From positions 2,719 to 66,718 of the forward strand of contig JAABQB010000008.1 of NCBI GenBank assembly GCA_011391695.1: a stretch of 64,000 bases of DNA, written 5' to 3'. Position 1 is the stretch's first letter. The number at the start of each line of letters is the position of its first letter. The notes under the pieces are model-generated. The model was not told the origin of the DNA and searched no databases. It saw only the letters and a program-made list of their open reading frames with translations. Below, piece after piece: positions 39,570-50,315 of the stretch. Source of the DNA: Desulfobacteraceae bacterium. GTDB lineage: Bacteria; Desulfobacterota; Desulfobacteria; Desulfobacterales; RPRI01. The position numbers and the translations under genes were made by a program.

Positions 39570-41104
39570 GTGAACGCATATATATTTTCGACACCACCTT
39601 AAGAGACGGTGAACAATCGCCGGGCGCAAGCATGAATACAGCAGAAAAATTGAGAATCGCATTGCAGCTTGAAAAACTTGGCGTTGATGTTCTTGAAGCC
39701 GGCTTTCCGGCAGCGTCAGATGGTGATTTTGAATCTGTTTCAAAAATAGCGGAAAAATTAAAAAATACAGAGGTAGCCGCTTTAGCTCGCACATCCCGAT
39801 CCGATATCGACCGGGCTTGGGAAGCACTTAAAGGAGCCGCAAAACCGAGAATACACACATTTATCGCGACTTCAGATATTCATATGAAATACAAGCTGAA
39901 TATGAGCAGAGACGAGGTCATACGGAAAGCGGTTGAAGCGGTCCGATATGCAAGGTCTTATACGGATAATGTTGAATTTTCGGCGGAAGACGGTTCGAGG
40001 AGCGACCGTGATTATTTATGCAAAGTTTTTGAAGCTGTTATTGAAGCCGGTGCAAAAACCGTAAATCTTCCTGACACTGTTGGTTATGCCATACCATCCG
40101 AGTTCGGCAACCTCGTAAAATATGTAATTAATCACACCCCGAATATTTCAAAAGCAATATTAAGCGTTCACTGTCATAATGATCTCGGGCTTGCAACAGC
40201 CAACACCATTGAAGCAATTTCAGCAGGAGCAAGACAGGCAGAAGTCACTATAAACGGAATAGGCGAAAGGGCGGGAAATGCCTCTCTTGAAGAGCTGGTG
40301 ATGACTCTTCACACAAGACCCAATTATCTCTTATTCTCTTCGAACATAAAAACGGAATTTATTTATCCTACAAGCAGACTCGTAAGCATGATAACAGGTA
40401 TAACGGTTCAGCCGAACAAGGCGATTGTCGGCGCCAACGCATTCCTTCATGAAGCAGGAATTCATCAGGATGGTATGCTCAAAAACCCGATGACGTATGA
40501 AATAATGAAACCTGAAACAATAGGGCTCAGTAAAAGCAGGCTTGTCCTCGGAAAACATTCCGGAAGGCATGCTCTCCGCACACAGTTAAAAGAGCTTGGA
40601 TATGACCTTTCCGACGACGAGCTTAAAATCATATTCTCCAAGTTCAAGGAGCTGGCGGACAAGAAGAAAAATGTTGTTGATGAAGATCTGGAGGTTCTCG
40701 TAACAGAGGGGATTCTCCGCACGACTGACACCTTCAGGCTGGAATATCTTCATGTAACAAGCGGAACCACAGTTTTACCGATGGCAAGCGTCAAGCTTTC
40801 AATCAACGGCCGTTCAGTAAAGGGAGCAGACTATGGAAACGGTCCCATAGATTCGGCTTTCAAAACTATAGCAGCCCTTACCGGAACAAACTCTGAGTTA
40901 TTAAGATTTTCAGTAAGCGCAATCACGGGCGGAACTGATGCCCAGGGTGAAGTTACAGTGCGTTTAGAAGAAAACGGACTCATCGCTCTTGGGAGGGGTG
41001 CAGATCCGGACATTATTACAGCAAGCGCCAAGGCTTATATAAATGGCTTAAACAGGCTTGAGTATCTGAAAAACCATCCAACAAGAACACCGGAAGCATT
41101 ATAG
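39566..41104 (+). CDS. leuA: 2-isopropylmalate synthase
   Basis: DTTLRDGEQSPG, HCHNDLG, GERAGNA, HEAGIHQDG, LGKHSGR. Confidence 0.96.
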   Translation: MSERIYIFDTTLRDGEQSPGASMNTAEKLRIALQLEKLGVDVLEAGFPAASDGDFESVSKIAEKLKNTEVAALARTSRSDIDRAWEALKGAAKPRIHTFIATSDIHMKYKLNMSRDEVIRKAVEAVRYARSYTDNVEFSAEDGSRSDRDYLCKVFEAVIEAGAKTVNLPDTVGYAIPSEFGNLVKYVINHTPNISKAILSVHCHNDLGLATANTIEAISAGARQAEVTINGIGERAGNASLEELVMTLHTRPNYLLFSSNIKTEFIYPTSRLVSMITGITVQPNKAIVGANAFLHEAGIHQDGMLKNPMTYEIMKPETIGLSKSRLVLGKHSGRHALRTQLKELGYDLSDDELKIIFSKFKELADKKKNVVDEDLEVLVTEGILRTTDTFRLEYLHVTSGTTVLPMASVKLSINGRSVKGADYGNGPIDSAFKTIAALTGTNSELLRFSVSAITGGTDAQGEVTVRLEENGLIALGRGADPDIITASAKAYINGLNRLEYLKNHPTRTPEAL

Positions 41105-41112
41105 AAGTGAAA

Positions 41113-41229
41113 AGGGTTCAAGGGGGCAAGGGTTCGGGGATTCAAGTGAAATGATGAGCATAATGCCTTGATAAAAACTTCAGCAAGCAAACACTTGACC
41201 CCCTGAATCCTCGGCCCCTCGAACCCTTA
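41113..41229. repeat. 8-mer-unit inverted repeat element (family 1, copy c)
   Basis: Four left units, AGTGAAATG, a short core encoding ALIKTSASKHLTP*, four right units. Confidence 0.82.
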
Positions 41230-41236
41230 TAGTCTC

Positions 41237-41767
41237 CTATTCTTTTTGAAGATCTATAGCCAGTTTTACAACTTCAGCAACCTTTTCATTCGGAACCCGT
41301 CCGCGGAAAATATACTTGCAAACGCGGTTTTTATCCAGAAGAATAACATTTGAAGTATCTTTTCCAAGACCCCAGGCATTCCTTAACGACGCATCATAAT
41401 CGAAAAGAATTACTGTATTATATTTTTTTGCTTTCATGTCTGCAATCGCCCGGATAAGCGCATTCGGCTTCCATGTGGCAGCACAATCGGCAAAGCCTAT
41501 TCCCTTGTAAGTTTCATCCTTAAGAAGACCGTCATCTTTTGCCTTTTTCATGGCATCAGTAAAATGTTCGTTCAAATCCTTTTCATCTGGGTCAGCATAA
41601 GTCACGAGCAGAACCTTTCCCGCCCAGGATTCCATGGTAAATACCTTGTCATCTGCATCCTTAAAAGACCAGTCCGAAGCTTTTGCCCCGATCTTTAGTT
41701 CATCAGCAAATGCGGCGCCTCCGGCAAGAAAAACAAACGCTATCAGCAAAAATAAAAATCTTTTCAT
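41237..41767 (-). CDS. YtfJ-like exported thioredoxin-fold protein
   Basis: Signal peptide after GGAGG RBS; AWGLGKDTSNVILLD resembles the YtfJ family. Confidence 0.65.
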   Translation of the reverse strand: MKRFLFLLIAFVFLAGGAAFADELKIGAKASDWSFKDADDKVFTMESWAGKVLLVTYADPDEKDLNEHFTDAMKKAKDDGLLKDETYKGIGFADCAATWKPNALIRAIADMKAKKYNTVILFDYDASLRNAWGLGKDTSNVILLDKNRVCKYIFRGRVPNEKVAEVVKLAIDLQKE

Positions 41768-41797
41768 TAAAAAAACCTCCTTCTTCATAGTTAATGT

Positions 41798-42724
41798 TCA
41801 ATTCTTCGTATCAAGTGTGCCCGTAATTTCAGAAAGAGATGAAATGTTTCTCTCAGCCAGATATTTTTCTATCCCTTCTATTATATCAATAGTTGCCCTC
41901 GGGTTAACAAAATTTGCAGTTCCGATTTGAACGGCCGTTGCTCCTGCAATAAAAAACTCGATGGCATCTTCAGCGGAAAATATTCCTCCAACGCCTATGA
42001 CCGGAACTTTCACTTTCTGAGCGACCTGCCAGACCATTCGCAATGCAATTGGCTTGATCGCAGGCCCTGAAAGCCCTCCCGTGATATTAGCAAGTCTCGG
42101 TCTCCTTGTATTAATATCTATTGCCATGCCCGTTATGGTATTTATCAGAGACAGCGAATCGGCGCCGGCCTCAACCGAACTCTCTGCTATTTCTGTAATA
42201 TCCGTTACATTGGGAGAAAGCTTGACAATAAGAGTTTTGGTCGTTTTTTCCCTGACCGCTTTAGTTACGTTATAAGCCGATTTTGCTTTTATTCCAAAGG
42301 CAATTCCGCCCTTTTTTACATTTGGACAGGAGATATTAACCTCGATTGCCGTGATGTCTTCGGTATCCTCAATAATTTCAGCAAGCCTTGCATATTCATC
42401 TATGCTTTCCCCATAAATATTTACAATGATCGGGGTGGAGAGAGTTTTAAGAAAAGGAAGCTTTTTATTGATAAATATATCAATACCTACATTTTCAAGA
42501 CCTATTGCATTCAGCATTCCGCATGGCGTTTCGACAATGCGGGGCGGCTTGTTTCCCTTGGAGGGTTCGAGAGACAGGCCTTTGACTATTATAGCTCCTA
42601 TCCGGTTTAAATCAACCAAAGACCTGAACTCTTCACCGTATCCGAATGTGCCTGAAGCTGTAATTACCGGGTTCTTGAGCGTTATACTACCGATCTTTGC
42701 TCTCAGGTCTGGCTGTTTACTCAT
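41798..42724 (-). CDS. pyrD: Dihydroorotate dehydrogenase (family 1B catalytic subunit)
   Basis: ASGTFGYG, NAIGLEN, NISCPN, KLSPN, GGLSGPAIKP. Confidence 0.95.
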   Translation of the reverse strand: MSKQPDLRAKIGSITLKNPVITASGTFGYGEEFRSLVDLNRIGAIIVKGLSLEPSKGNKPPRIVETPCGMLNAIGLENVGIDIFINKKLPFLKTLSTPIIVNIYGESIDEYARLAEIIEDTEDITAIEVNISCPNVKKGGIAFGIKAKSAYNVTKAVREKTTKTLIVKLSPNVTDITEIAESSVEAGADSLSLINTITGMAIDINTRRPRLANITGGLSGPAIKPIALRMVWQVAQKVKVPVIGVGGIFSAEDAIEFFIAGATAVQIGTANFVNPRATIDIIEGIEKYLAERNISSLSEITGTLDTKN

Positions 42725-42743
42725 AAGGGACACCGATATTTCA

Positions 42744-43955
42744 TTACCCGCCAATTGCTCCGGCCATCTTGAATATTGGAAGGTACAGTGCTATAACCAT
42801 ACCCCCGATGGTTACACCAAGAAAAACAAGCATGAAAGGCTCAATCAGCGCAGTCAGGTTTTCAACAGCCTGATCAACCTCGTCGTCGTAGAAATCCGCA
42901 ATCTTTCCAAGCATTGCATCAAGGGCGCCGGTTGACTCTCCCACTGCGATCATCTGGCATACCATCGAAGGGAAAACGCCGCTTTCCAAAAGAGGATCGG
43001 CCATGGTCCTGCCTTCCGTAATACCTGATCGTACATCATATACGGCCCTTTCTATTGACTTGTTTCCGGCGGTCTTCGCTACAATATCAAGCGCCTCCAA
43101 TATGGCAACTCCGCTTGAAAGCATGGTTCCCATAGTACGGGTAAACTTGGCAACAGCTACTTTACGTAAAAGAATTCCAAAAACAGGGAGCCTGAGGAAT
43201 ATATCATCCATAATAATGCGTCCTCTTTCAGTTTTGTAGAATCTTCTGTACGCAAATATAAAGAGGATAACAGCCACGATAAGATAAACTATCTTTGATT
43301 TAACAAACTCGCTTGCTTTGACTAATATCTGTGTTGGAACCGGAAGCTCGCCGCCAAAATCAGCAAACATATCCTGAAATACAGGAATAACGAAAACAAG
43401 AATTACCATAAGTACGAGAGCGGCAATAATTAACGTAACTATAGGGTACACCATGGCCCCCTTTACCTTGCCTTTTAATTTTGCCGCTTTTTCCATAAAT
43501 GCGGCAAGCCGCTGTAAAATCACATCCAGTATGCCGCCGGCCTCACCCGCGGCTATCATATTCACAAAGAGATCGTCAAAATGATTCGGATATTTCTTCA
43601 GGGCTTCGGCAAGAGTTGATCCGCTTTCAACTGTTTCTTTAATCTTTTTCAGCATAACTTTAAAAGTCTTGTTTTCCTGCTGGGAATAAAGAATATCGAG
43701 ACACTGAATAATAGGAAGGCCTGCATCGATCATGGTGGAAAATTGTCTGGCAAAAAGAATAATGTCCCCTTCCTTAACGCTGGGTTGAAGAAAAGCAATG
43801 TTTTCGAAAAGATCCTTGGGTTTCAACTTTACTTTTATCGGGGTGATTTTCTGGGCATTAAGCCTGCTCTTTACAGCTTCTTCGCTAGATAGCTCCATCT
43901 CCCCTTTTAGGATCTTGCCTTTTTTGTTCTTTCCTGTCCACTTATAAATGGGCAT
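42744..43955 (-). CDS. pilC: Type IV pilus inner-membrane platform protein
   Basis: Two T2SS-F domains (FARQFSTMIDAG, AGEAGG, VGESTG). ATG 43955 follows AGGAGG. Confidence 0.93.
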   Translation of the reverse strand: MPIYKWTGKNKKGKILKGEMELSSEEAVKSRLNAQKITPIKVKLKPKDLFENIAFLQPSVKEGDIILFARQFSTMIDAGLPIIQCLDILYSQQENKTFKVMLKKIKETVESGSTLAEALKKYPNHFDDLFVNMIAAGEAGGILDVILQRLAAFMEKAAKLKGKVKGAMVYPIVTLIIAALVLMVILVFVIPVFQDMFADFGGELPVPTQILVKASEFVKSKIVYLIVAVILFIFAYRRFYKTERGRIIMDDIFLRLPVFGILLRKVAVAKFTRTMGTMLSSGVAILEALDIVAKTAGNKSIERAVYDVRSGITEGRTMADPLLESGVFPSMVCQMIAVGESTGALDAMLGKIADFYDDEVDQAVENLTALIEPFMLVFLGVTIGGMVIALYLPIFKMAGAIGG

Positions 43956-44053
43956 GATAGACCCTCCTTGCTGTAGGAAAAAATACGGAAACCAAATTAA
44001 TCGGAACAAAACTGCAAAATGTCTGGTATAAAATCAAAAGTAAGAATGAGAAC

Positions 44054-45007
44054 CTATTCTTTTTCACTCTTTACAAAATAAAAGACCCCTCTTGGCATGC
44101 TGATTTTTGTTATTTCTCCATTTTCACAAAGTTTATCAAGATGTCTTTTTGTATCGTTTTCATTAATATTCAATACGCGGGAAATATCCTCCGCGGTACA
44201 TGGTCTTCTTTTAACTGTTGATATGATGTATTCTCTTAAATCTTTGCCTGATATCTTTCCGGCTGCATCCGGCCTATGAACAACCTGGGCGTTATGAAGA
44301 TATCCTGCAACACTTGTCAGAAAAGACTCTTCAACAGGTTCAATCCATGTTTCTGTCCCCGGCCTGTCAATAGTATTCAAATGGACTCTGTCAGGCCTGA
44401 CAAGCTTCAGTATATCTTTTATCTTTTTAAGTTCTATATCGTTATCGTTCAACCCTTTGACGATAAAGACTTCAACCCATAATTGATTTGAATAAATTTT
44501 TCTAAAACCGATCAGCCCGTCAATTATTTTGGATATTTCAAGATCTTTATGCGGCCTGTTGATACGAATAAAATTTTCAACAGATCCGGCATCGAGCGAA
44601 ACCTTTACGACATCCGCATCAAGAACCCGTGTTCTGACCTCAGGATCATACAAGAGGGTTCCATTAGTCAGTACAGCCACAAGATAATCCGGATATTCGC
44701 ATTTCAAAAACCGGATCAGGTCGCCAATTTGTTTGTGGAGAGTTGGTTCACCCGAGCCGGAAAAGGTAACAAAATCAATCCTTGGCCCCAGTGATAAAAA
44801 ATCCTTCAACTCGGATTTGACCTTTTCGACAGGGACATACTCTTTTATATCAAGAGTGAGATTCTCTGTCCTGCCGCATTCACAGTATATGCAGTCAAGT
44901 GTACAGGTCTTTGAGGGCAAAAGATCCACGCCCAGAGAAATCCCAAGCCGCCTTGACGGTACGGGACCGAAAAGATACCTGTATCCTGAATTCAGTTTAT
45001 TATCCAT
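44054..45007 (-). CDS. Radical SAM protein (COG0731-like)
   Basis: FGPVPSRRLGISLG, CTLDCIYC (CxxxCxxC), SGSGEPTL. Confidence 0.9.
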   Translation of the reverse strand: MDNKLNSGYRYLFGPVPSRRLGISLGVDLLPSKTCTLDCIYCECGRTENLTLDIKEYVPVEKVKSELKDFLSLGPRIDFVTFSGSGEPTLHKQIGDLIRFLKCEYPDYLVAVLTNGTLLYDPEVRTRVLDADVVKVSLDAGSVENFIRINRPHKDLEISKIIDGLIGFRKIYSNQLWVEVFIVKGLNDNDIELKKIKDILKLVRPDRVHLNTIDRPGTETWIEPVEESFLTSVAGYLHNAQVVHRPDAAGKISGKDLREYIISTVKRRPCTAEDISRVLNINENDTKRHLDKLCENGEITKISMPRGVFYFVKSEKE

Positions 45008-45182
45008 TTATGTACTAATGTATCAGAATCTTTGTATTTATAACATAATTGCAACAAAACAACAATAGTTTTAAATAATATCTTGAGCTTGATAAACTTC
45101 CTCATATATGTATATGATAAAATTTCATATTTGGACAAATCATCAAACAGGGTTAGCTGCCTTATATCACTAAAAGGGAATT

Positions 45183-47861
45183 ATGATGGAAGCAATACAA
45201 AATCCTGAAAACAAGGGTATCACAATCATAACAACCCATACGAATGCCGACTTTGACGCAATAGCTTCCATGCTTGCGGCACAGAAACTTTATGCCGGTT
45301 CTCTGGTTATTTTCCCCGGCTCACAGGAAAAAAGCCTGAGAAATTTTTTTATAGATTCAATGGTCTATCTTTTTAACATGGCAGATTTAAAAAAGATAGA
45401 TTTTTCAAACATCAAAAGGCTTGTTCTGGTTGATACACGACAGGCAGGCAGAATCGGAAAGCTGTCATCCGTTCTTGAACGCGATGATCTTGATATTCAT
45501 ATATACGATCACCACCCGCCCGCAGCTAATGACATAAAAGGTCACTATGAAGTATATCGTCAGACTGGCTCAACAGTCACAATACTTGCCGGAATTTTAC
45601 AGGAAAAAGACATAAATATTACACCTGATGAAGCAACAATAATGTGTCTTGGCATCTATGAAGACACCGGTTCTTTTACATTTCCCTCCACTACCGAAGA
45701 TGATTTCAAAGCGGCGGCCTTTCTGCTTTCAAGGGGTGCAAATTTGAACGTAATCTCAAATCTTATTTCCAGAGAAATAAATCCAAAGCAGATTTCGCTG
45801 TTAAATGACATGATACAGGCCTCCATGAAATATAACATAAATGGTATTGAAATTGTTGTTACTACCATATCCTCGGACACCTATATTCATGATTTCGCCT
45901 TTCTTGTTCACAAGATGGCCAGGATGGAAAATCTTGACGCCATATTTGCCATTGCCCAGATGGAAAACAAAATATACCTGGTGGCAAGAAGCAGGATATC
46001 GGAAGTTGATGTCGGAACTATTGTCACGCCCTTAGGCGGCGGAGGGCACACATTTGCAGCTTCTGCCACGATAAAAGGCAAAACACTCGCGCAGATTGAA
46101 CAGAAGCTGATCGAAGTTCTTTATGATAAAATCAAGGCGAGAAGAATGGCAAGACAGCTGATGTCTTCTCCACCCATTATGATAGGCCGTGACATATCAT
46201 GCAAAGAGGCAAGTGATATTCTGACGCGTTACAATATAAACGCTCTGCTTGTAACTGATAAGACAGATGATAAAGTCAACCTTATCGGTTATATCACCCG
46301 GCAGGTTATCGAAAAAGCACTTTACCATAAACTGGATCATGTCTCTGTCGGGGAATATATGACCACTGAAATTGAATCGGTAGGACCGGATGCCGAACTT
46401 CTGGAAATCCAGAACAAAATTATAGAAAACAAACAGCGCATTCTTCCTGTTATAGATAAAAGCACTATACTTGGAGTTGTAACGCGGACAGATCTTTTAA
46501 ACATTCTTGTAAGGCAGTCGCAGCAGAATTACTCCGAACTTTCAGATCAGCCGAGAGAACAGGTTAATGCAAGGACAAGAAAAATTGTCAAGTTTATTGA
46601 AGAGCGTCTTTCGAAACATCGCATAGATCTGTTACGGAAAATAGGAAGGGTTGCGAATGAGATCGGCTGCGGAGCATATGTAATCGGCGGATTCGTCCGC
46701 GACCTTCTTCTTTACAGAAATAATGAAGACGTTGACATTGTGATTGAAGGAGACGGCATTGCTTTTGCAAAAAAATTTGCCCAGCTCGTAGGAGCACGTG
46801 TTCACATATATGGAAAATTCGGCACGGCAGTTGTAATTTTCCCGGATGGCTTCAAAATAGACGTTGCATCAGCAAGAATGGAATATTATAAATTCCCGGC
46901 CGCGCTTCCTACAGTTGAAATGAGTTCCATAAAGCTTGATCTCTTCAGGAGGGATTTTACCATAAACACACTTGCAATTCAGTTAAACCCTGAGAGATTC
47001 GGCACCCTGATCGATTTCTTCGCTGCACAAAAAGACATAAAGGAAAAAGCGATTAAAGTCCTGCATAATTTGAGTTTGGTTGAAGATCCGACACGTGTCT
47101 TCCGGGCAATAAGATTCGAACAGCGGTTCGGATTTACTATAGGCAAACTGACTTCCGGGTTGATAGAAAATGCTGTTAAAATGGATTTTTTCAAACGTCT
47201 AAGCGGCAGGAGGGTTTTTTCTGAACTCAAACAGATCCTTGGTGAGGAAAATCCCACGCCGTCGATAGTCCGGCTGAATGATTATGGCCTTCTGAAAGTT
47301 ATTCACCCTTCATTAACACTAAACAAGGATCTGATATCATCACTTAACTCTGTTAAACAGGTTCTGTCATGGCATGATTTGCTTTTTCTCGAGGAATCTT
47401 ATATGAAGTGGGCCGTTTATTTTATGGTCCTTTTCAGACATTGCGAAATTGATGTATCAAAGGAAATATGTGACCAGTTTGAAATAGCTCCGAAATATCA
47501 GGAGATATTCTGCAAAGAGCGTTTTGAGGCCGAAAGATGTCTTTACAGACTTGAAATTGATCATAAAATCAAAAATGAAGAGCTTTATAAAGAGCTTTCT
47601 GCATTCAGGATTGAACTAATCCTGTATATGATGGCTGTTGCCAGAAATGAAAGGGCAAAAAAGGCGATTTCCTTTTTTGTCACGCAACTCAGGCAGATAA
47701 AAATATCGGTATCAGGAAAAGACTTGAAAGAGATGCGGCTTGAACCGGGACCTCTTTACAGGATAATTTTACAAGCTGTTCTCGACGCAAAACTAAACGG
47801 GCAGCTTAAAACAAAAAACGACGAACTGAATTTTGTGCGGGATTATGCTCCAAGATCTTAA
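45183..47861 (+). CDS. DHH-DHHA1-CBS-tRNA nucleotidyltransferase fusion
   Basis: HTNADFD, YDHHP, GGGGH, CBS pair, GGFVRDLL..DVDIV, RRDFTIN, EDPTRVFRAIRF. Confidence 0.9.
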   Translation: MMEAIQNPENKGITIITTHTNADFDAIASMLAAQKLYAGSLVIFPGSQEKSLRNFFIDSMVYLFNMADLKKIDFSNIKRLVLVDTRQAGRIGKLSSVLERDDLDIHIYDHHPPAANDIKGHYEVYRQTGSTVTILAGILQEKDINITPDEATIMCLGIYEDTGSFTFPSTTEDDFKAAAFLLSRGANLNVISNLISREINPKQISLLNDMIQASMKYNINGIEIVVTTISSDTYIHDFAFLVHKMARMENLDAIFAIAQMENKIYLVARSRISEVDVGTIVTPLGGGGHTFAASATIKGKTLAQIEQKLIEVLYDKIKARRMARQLMSSPPIMIGRDISCKEASDILTRYNINALLVTDKTDDKVNLIGYITRQVIEKALYHKLDHVSVGEYMTTEIESVGPDAELLEIQNKIIENKQRILPVIDKSTILGVVTRTDLLNILVRQSQQNYSELSDQPREQVNARTRKIVKFIEERLSKHRIDLLRKIGRVANEIGCGAYVIGGFVRDLLLYRNNEDVDIVIEGDGIAFAKKFAQLVGARVHIYGKFGTAVVIFPDGFKIDVASARMEYYKFPAALPTVEMSSIKLDLFRRDFTINTLAIQLNPERFGTLIDFFAAQKDIKEKAIKVLHNLSLVEDPTRVFRAIRFEQRFGFTIGKLTSGLIENAVKMDFFKRLSGRRVFSELKQILGEENPTPSIVRLNDYGLLKVIHPSLTLNKDLISSLNSVKQVLSWHDLLFLEESYMKWAVYFMVLFRHCEIDVSKEICDQFEIAPKYQEIFCKERFEAERCLYRLEIDHKIKNEELYKELSAFRIELILYMMAVARNERAKKAISFFVTQLRQIKISVSGKDLKEMRLEPGPLYRIILQAVLDAKLNGQLKTKNDELNFVRDYAPRS

Positions 47862-48507
47862 TTTATACAAACTCTTTCTAATGTTGATTCCCCTAATTTT
47901 TTCCGTAACAGTTCACGAAGTTGCGCACGGTTATGTTGCGTATAGACTGGGGGACAATACTGCAAAGCTTGCCGGCAGGTTGACTTTAAATCCTCTGAAG
48001 CACCTTGATTTTGTAGGCTCTTTTTTATTGCCGGCCATTCTCAAGTTTATGGGTTCTCCAATTATTTTCGGTTATGCGAAGCCGGTACCTGTAAACTTTG
48101 CTAACCTTAGAAATTACCGTATGGGAACGATACTGGTTTCATCTGCCGGTGTACTCTCCAACCTTGCTGTTGCGATCATATCAGGCGCTCTTTTTCAGTT
48201 TCTCACGCAGGATGGAAATACGTTTTATAATCCGCGAACCGCCTCCATGATTTCAGACATAAATTATATGCTTTATTACAGCGTAATTATTAATTGTGTA
48301 CTTGCCATTTTCAATCTTATACCAATTCCGCCCCTTGACGGCAGCAGAATTCTGGGAATGTTTCTGCCAGAGGCAATGAGGATTAAATACGCCCGCATGG
48401 AGCGTTTTGGAATGGCAATTATTATTTTCTTTCTGGTGACAGGCCTTATTCAAAAAATCATAAGATACTTCACGGTACCTCTGGTCGGCTTTCTTATTGG
48501 AAGCTGA
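47845..48507 (+). CDS. Site-2 protease family (M50) protein
   Basis: HEVAHG, NPLKHLD, FNLIPIPPLDGSRI. Confidence 0.92.
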   Translation: MLQDLNLYKLFLMLIPLIFSVTVHEVAHGYVAYRLGDNTAKLAGRLTLNPLKHLDFVGSFLLPAILKFMGSPIIFGYAKPVPVNFANLRNYRMGTILVSSAGVLSNLAVAIISGALFQFLTQDGNTFYNPRTASMISDINYMLYYSVIINCVLAIFNLIPIPPLDGSRILGMFLPEAMRIKYARMERFGMAIIIFFLVTGLIQKIIRYFTVPLVGFLIGS

Positions 48508-48546
48508 CACGCACAATACATTTCAAAAGCACACAGGAGTTGTTAA

Positions 48547-49533
48547 ATGACTGACAAAAAACGGATATTGAGCGGAATGCGTCCTACCGGCCCACTTCAT
48601 CTGGGAAACCTGCACGGGGCGCTTTTAAACTGGATCAGTATGCAGGATGAATACGACTGTTTCTATTTCATTGCCGACTGGCACGCGTTAACAAGCGACT
48701 ATGAGAATACAAGCATGATTTCGGAATACACCAGAGAGATGATTATTGACTGGCTCAGCGCCGGTCTTTCACCAGATAAAAGCACAATGTTTATCCAGTC
48801 CCGCATCAAGGAACATTCCGAGCTTTTCCTGATCCTTTCCATGATCACTCCCGTGCCATGGCTTGAACGGAATCCGACATACAAAGATCAGATTGTCCAG
48901 CTCAGCAACAAGGATCTTTCAACCTTTGGATTTCTCGGATACCCGGTCCTTCAGGCGGCAGATATCATAATGTATAAACCATCCGGAGTGCCGGTCGGCA
49001 TGGATCAGGTTCCGCACGTGGAAATTACAAGGGAAATAGCCAGAAGATTTAACTATCTTTACGGGGAAGTCTTTCCCGAACCAGAAGCGATATTAACCAA
49101 AACACCCAAAATCCTGGGCCTTGACCGACGCAAGATGAGCAAGAGCTACAACAACGCGATATTTCTTTCCGATAAACCGGATGTTATATCATCAAAAGTT
49201 TCCATAATGATTACAGATCCGCAGCGAGCAAGAAAGACCGACCCTGGAGATCCGGACGTATGCAACGTTTTTGAATTTCACAAAATATACACGGATCAAG
49301 AGACAAGAAATGACATCTCTCCCAAATGCCGAAAAGCTGAAATAGGATGTGTTGAATGCAAAAAAATAATGGCAAGAAATCTCTCGAAGGCTCTTGAACC
49401 GATCAGGGAAAAAAGAGAATATTACGAAGCACATCCTGCCCTCGTTGATGAAATTATAGCGGACGGCATATTGAAAGCAAGAAAAGTAGCCGAAAGAACA
49501 ATGGAAGAAGTCAGGGCTTCAGTAAAAATATAG
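48547..49533 (+). CDS. trpS: Tryptophanyl-tRNA synthetase
   Basis: SGMRPTG.LHLGN, YPVLQAADI, KMSKS. Confidence 0.97.
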   Translation: MTDKKRILSGMRPTGPLHLGNLHGALLNWISMQDEYDCFYFIADWHALTSDYENTSMISEYTREMIIDWLSAGLSPDKSTMFIQSRIKEHSELFLILSMITPVPWLERNPTYKDQIVQLSNKDLSTFGFLGYPVLQAADIIMYKPSGVPVGMDQVPHVEITREIARRFNYLYGEVFPEPEAILTKTPKILGLDRRKMSKSYNNAIFLSDKPDVISSKVSIMITDPQRARKTDPGDPDVCNVFEFHKIYTDQETRNDISPKCRKAEIGCVECKKIMARNLSKALEPIREKREYYEAHPALVDEIIADGILKARKVAERTMEEVRASVKI

Positions 49534-49548
49534 CAAAGAAAAGCCGCC

Positions 49549-50274
49549 ATGTCCGAAGAATCAGAAGAAATTTATGAAGTTCATTTAAAAGACGTATTTG
49601 AAGGTCCGATGGATCTTCTCATTCATCTTATCAAAAAAAACGAGGTGGATATTTATGATATCCCGATCGCCCTTATAACCGATCAATATCTTCAGTACAT
49701 CGACTGGATGAAGTCTATGAACATCGACATAGCCGGCGATTTTCTTCTTATGGCAGCGACCCTGACTCATATTAAATCGAAAATGCTTCTTCCTATAGAT
49801 GAAAACGGAGCTGAAGATGAAGATGACCCGCGCATGGAAATTACAAGACCCCTTCTTGAATATCTCCAGATGAAATCGGCCGCGGCAAGACTTTCTGAAA
49901 GGGATATTCTGGGAGATAAGACTTTCAGCAGGATTCTTGACAGGAAAGATCTCCCGATAGATAATGAAGACAGGGTCATTAAAGTCGGCCTCTTTGAACT
50001 GATGGATGCTTTCCAGAAATTGCTTGAAAAGATTCCAGCTTCCAGGGGAATTGATTTTACAACCGATAAAATTTCCGTAAAAGAAAAGATTAACCAGCTT
50101 GTGGACATATTCGAAAAAAAAGGAAGCGTTACATTCGATCAGCTTTTTGATGAAAATGCCACAAAAAGTGAGCTTGTTGTAACTTTTCTTGCAATACTCG
50201 AAATGGTGAAACTCGCTCTGATAGGAATCATTCAGAATGTTCAGACAGGTGTAATCAGGCTTTTTTATTTATGA
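49549..50274 (+). CDS. scpA: Segregation and condensation protein A
   Basis: FEGPMDLLIHLI, FLLMAATL..IKSKMLLP, TFLAILEM. Confidence 0.95.
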   Translation: MSEESEEIYEVHLKDVFEGPMDLLIHLIKKNEVDIYDIPIALITDQYLQYIDWMKSMNIDIAGDFLLMAATLTHIKSKMLLPIDENGAEDEDDPRMEITRPLLEYLQMKSAAARLSERDILGDKTFSRILDRKDLPIDNEDRVIKVGLFELMDAFQKLLEKIPASRGIDFTTDKISVKEKINQLVDIFEKKGSVTFDQLFDENATKSELVVTFLAILEMVKLALIGIIQNVQTGVIRLFYL

Positions 50275-50295
50275 TCCTTGAACCCTTGACTCCTT
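50273..50295. repeat. Right-arm fragment of family 1 element (copy d)
   Basis: ATCC TTGAACCC TTGACTCC TT at the scpA/scpB junction. Confidence 0.5.
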
Positions 50296-50315
50296 TATCT
50301 CAACTTCAGGATACT

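Noticed and set aside
42744-44009. PilC start at 44009 and a pilus system as a novel locus
   Set aside because: The RBS supports ATG 43955. An isolated pilC without pilB/pilT in the window is ordinary dispersal.
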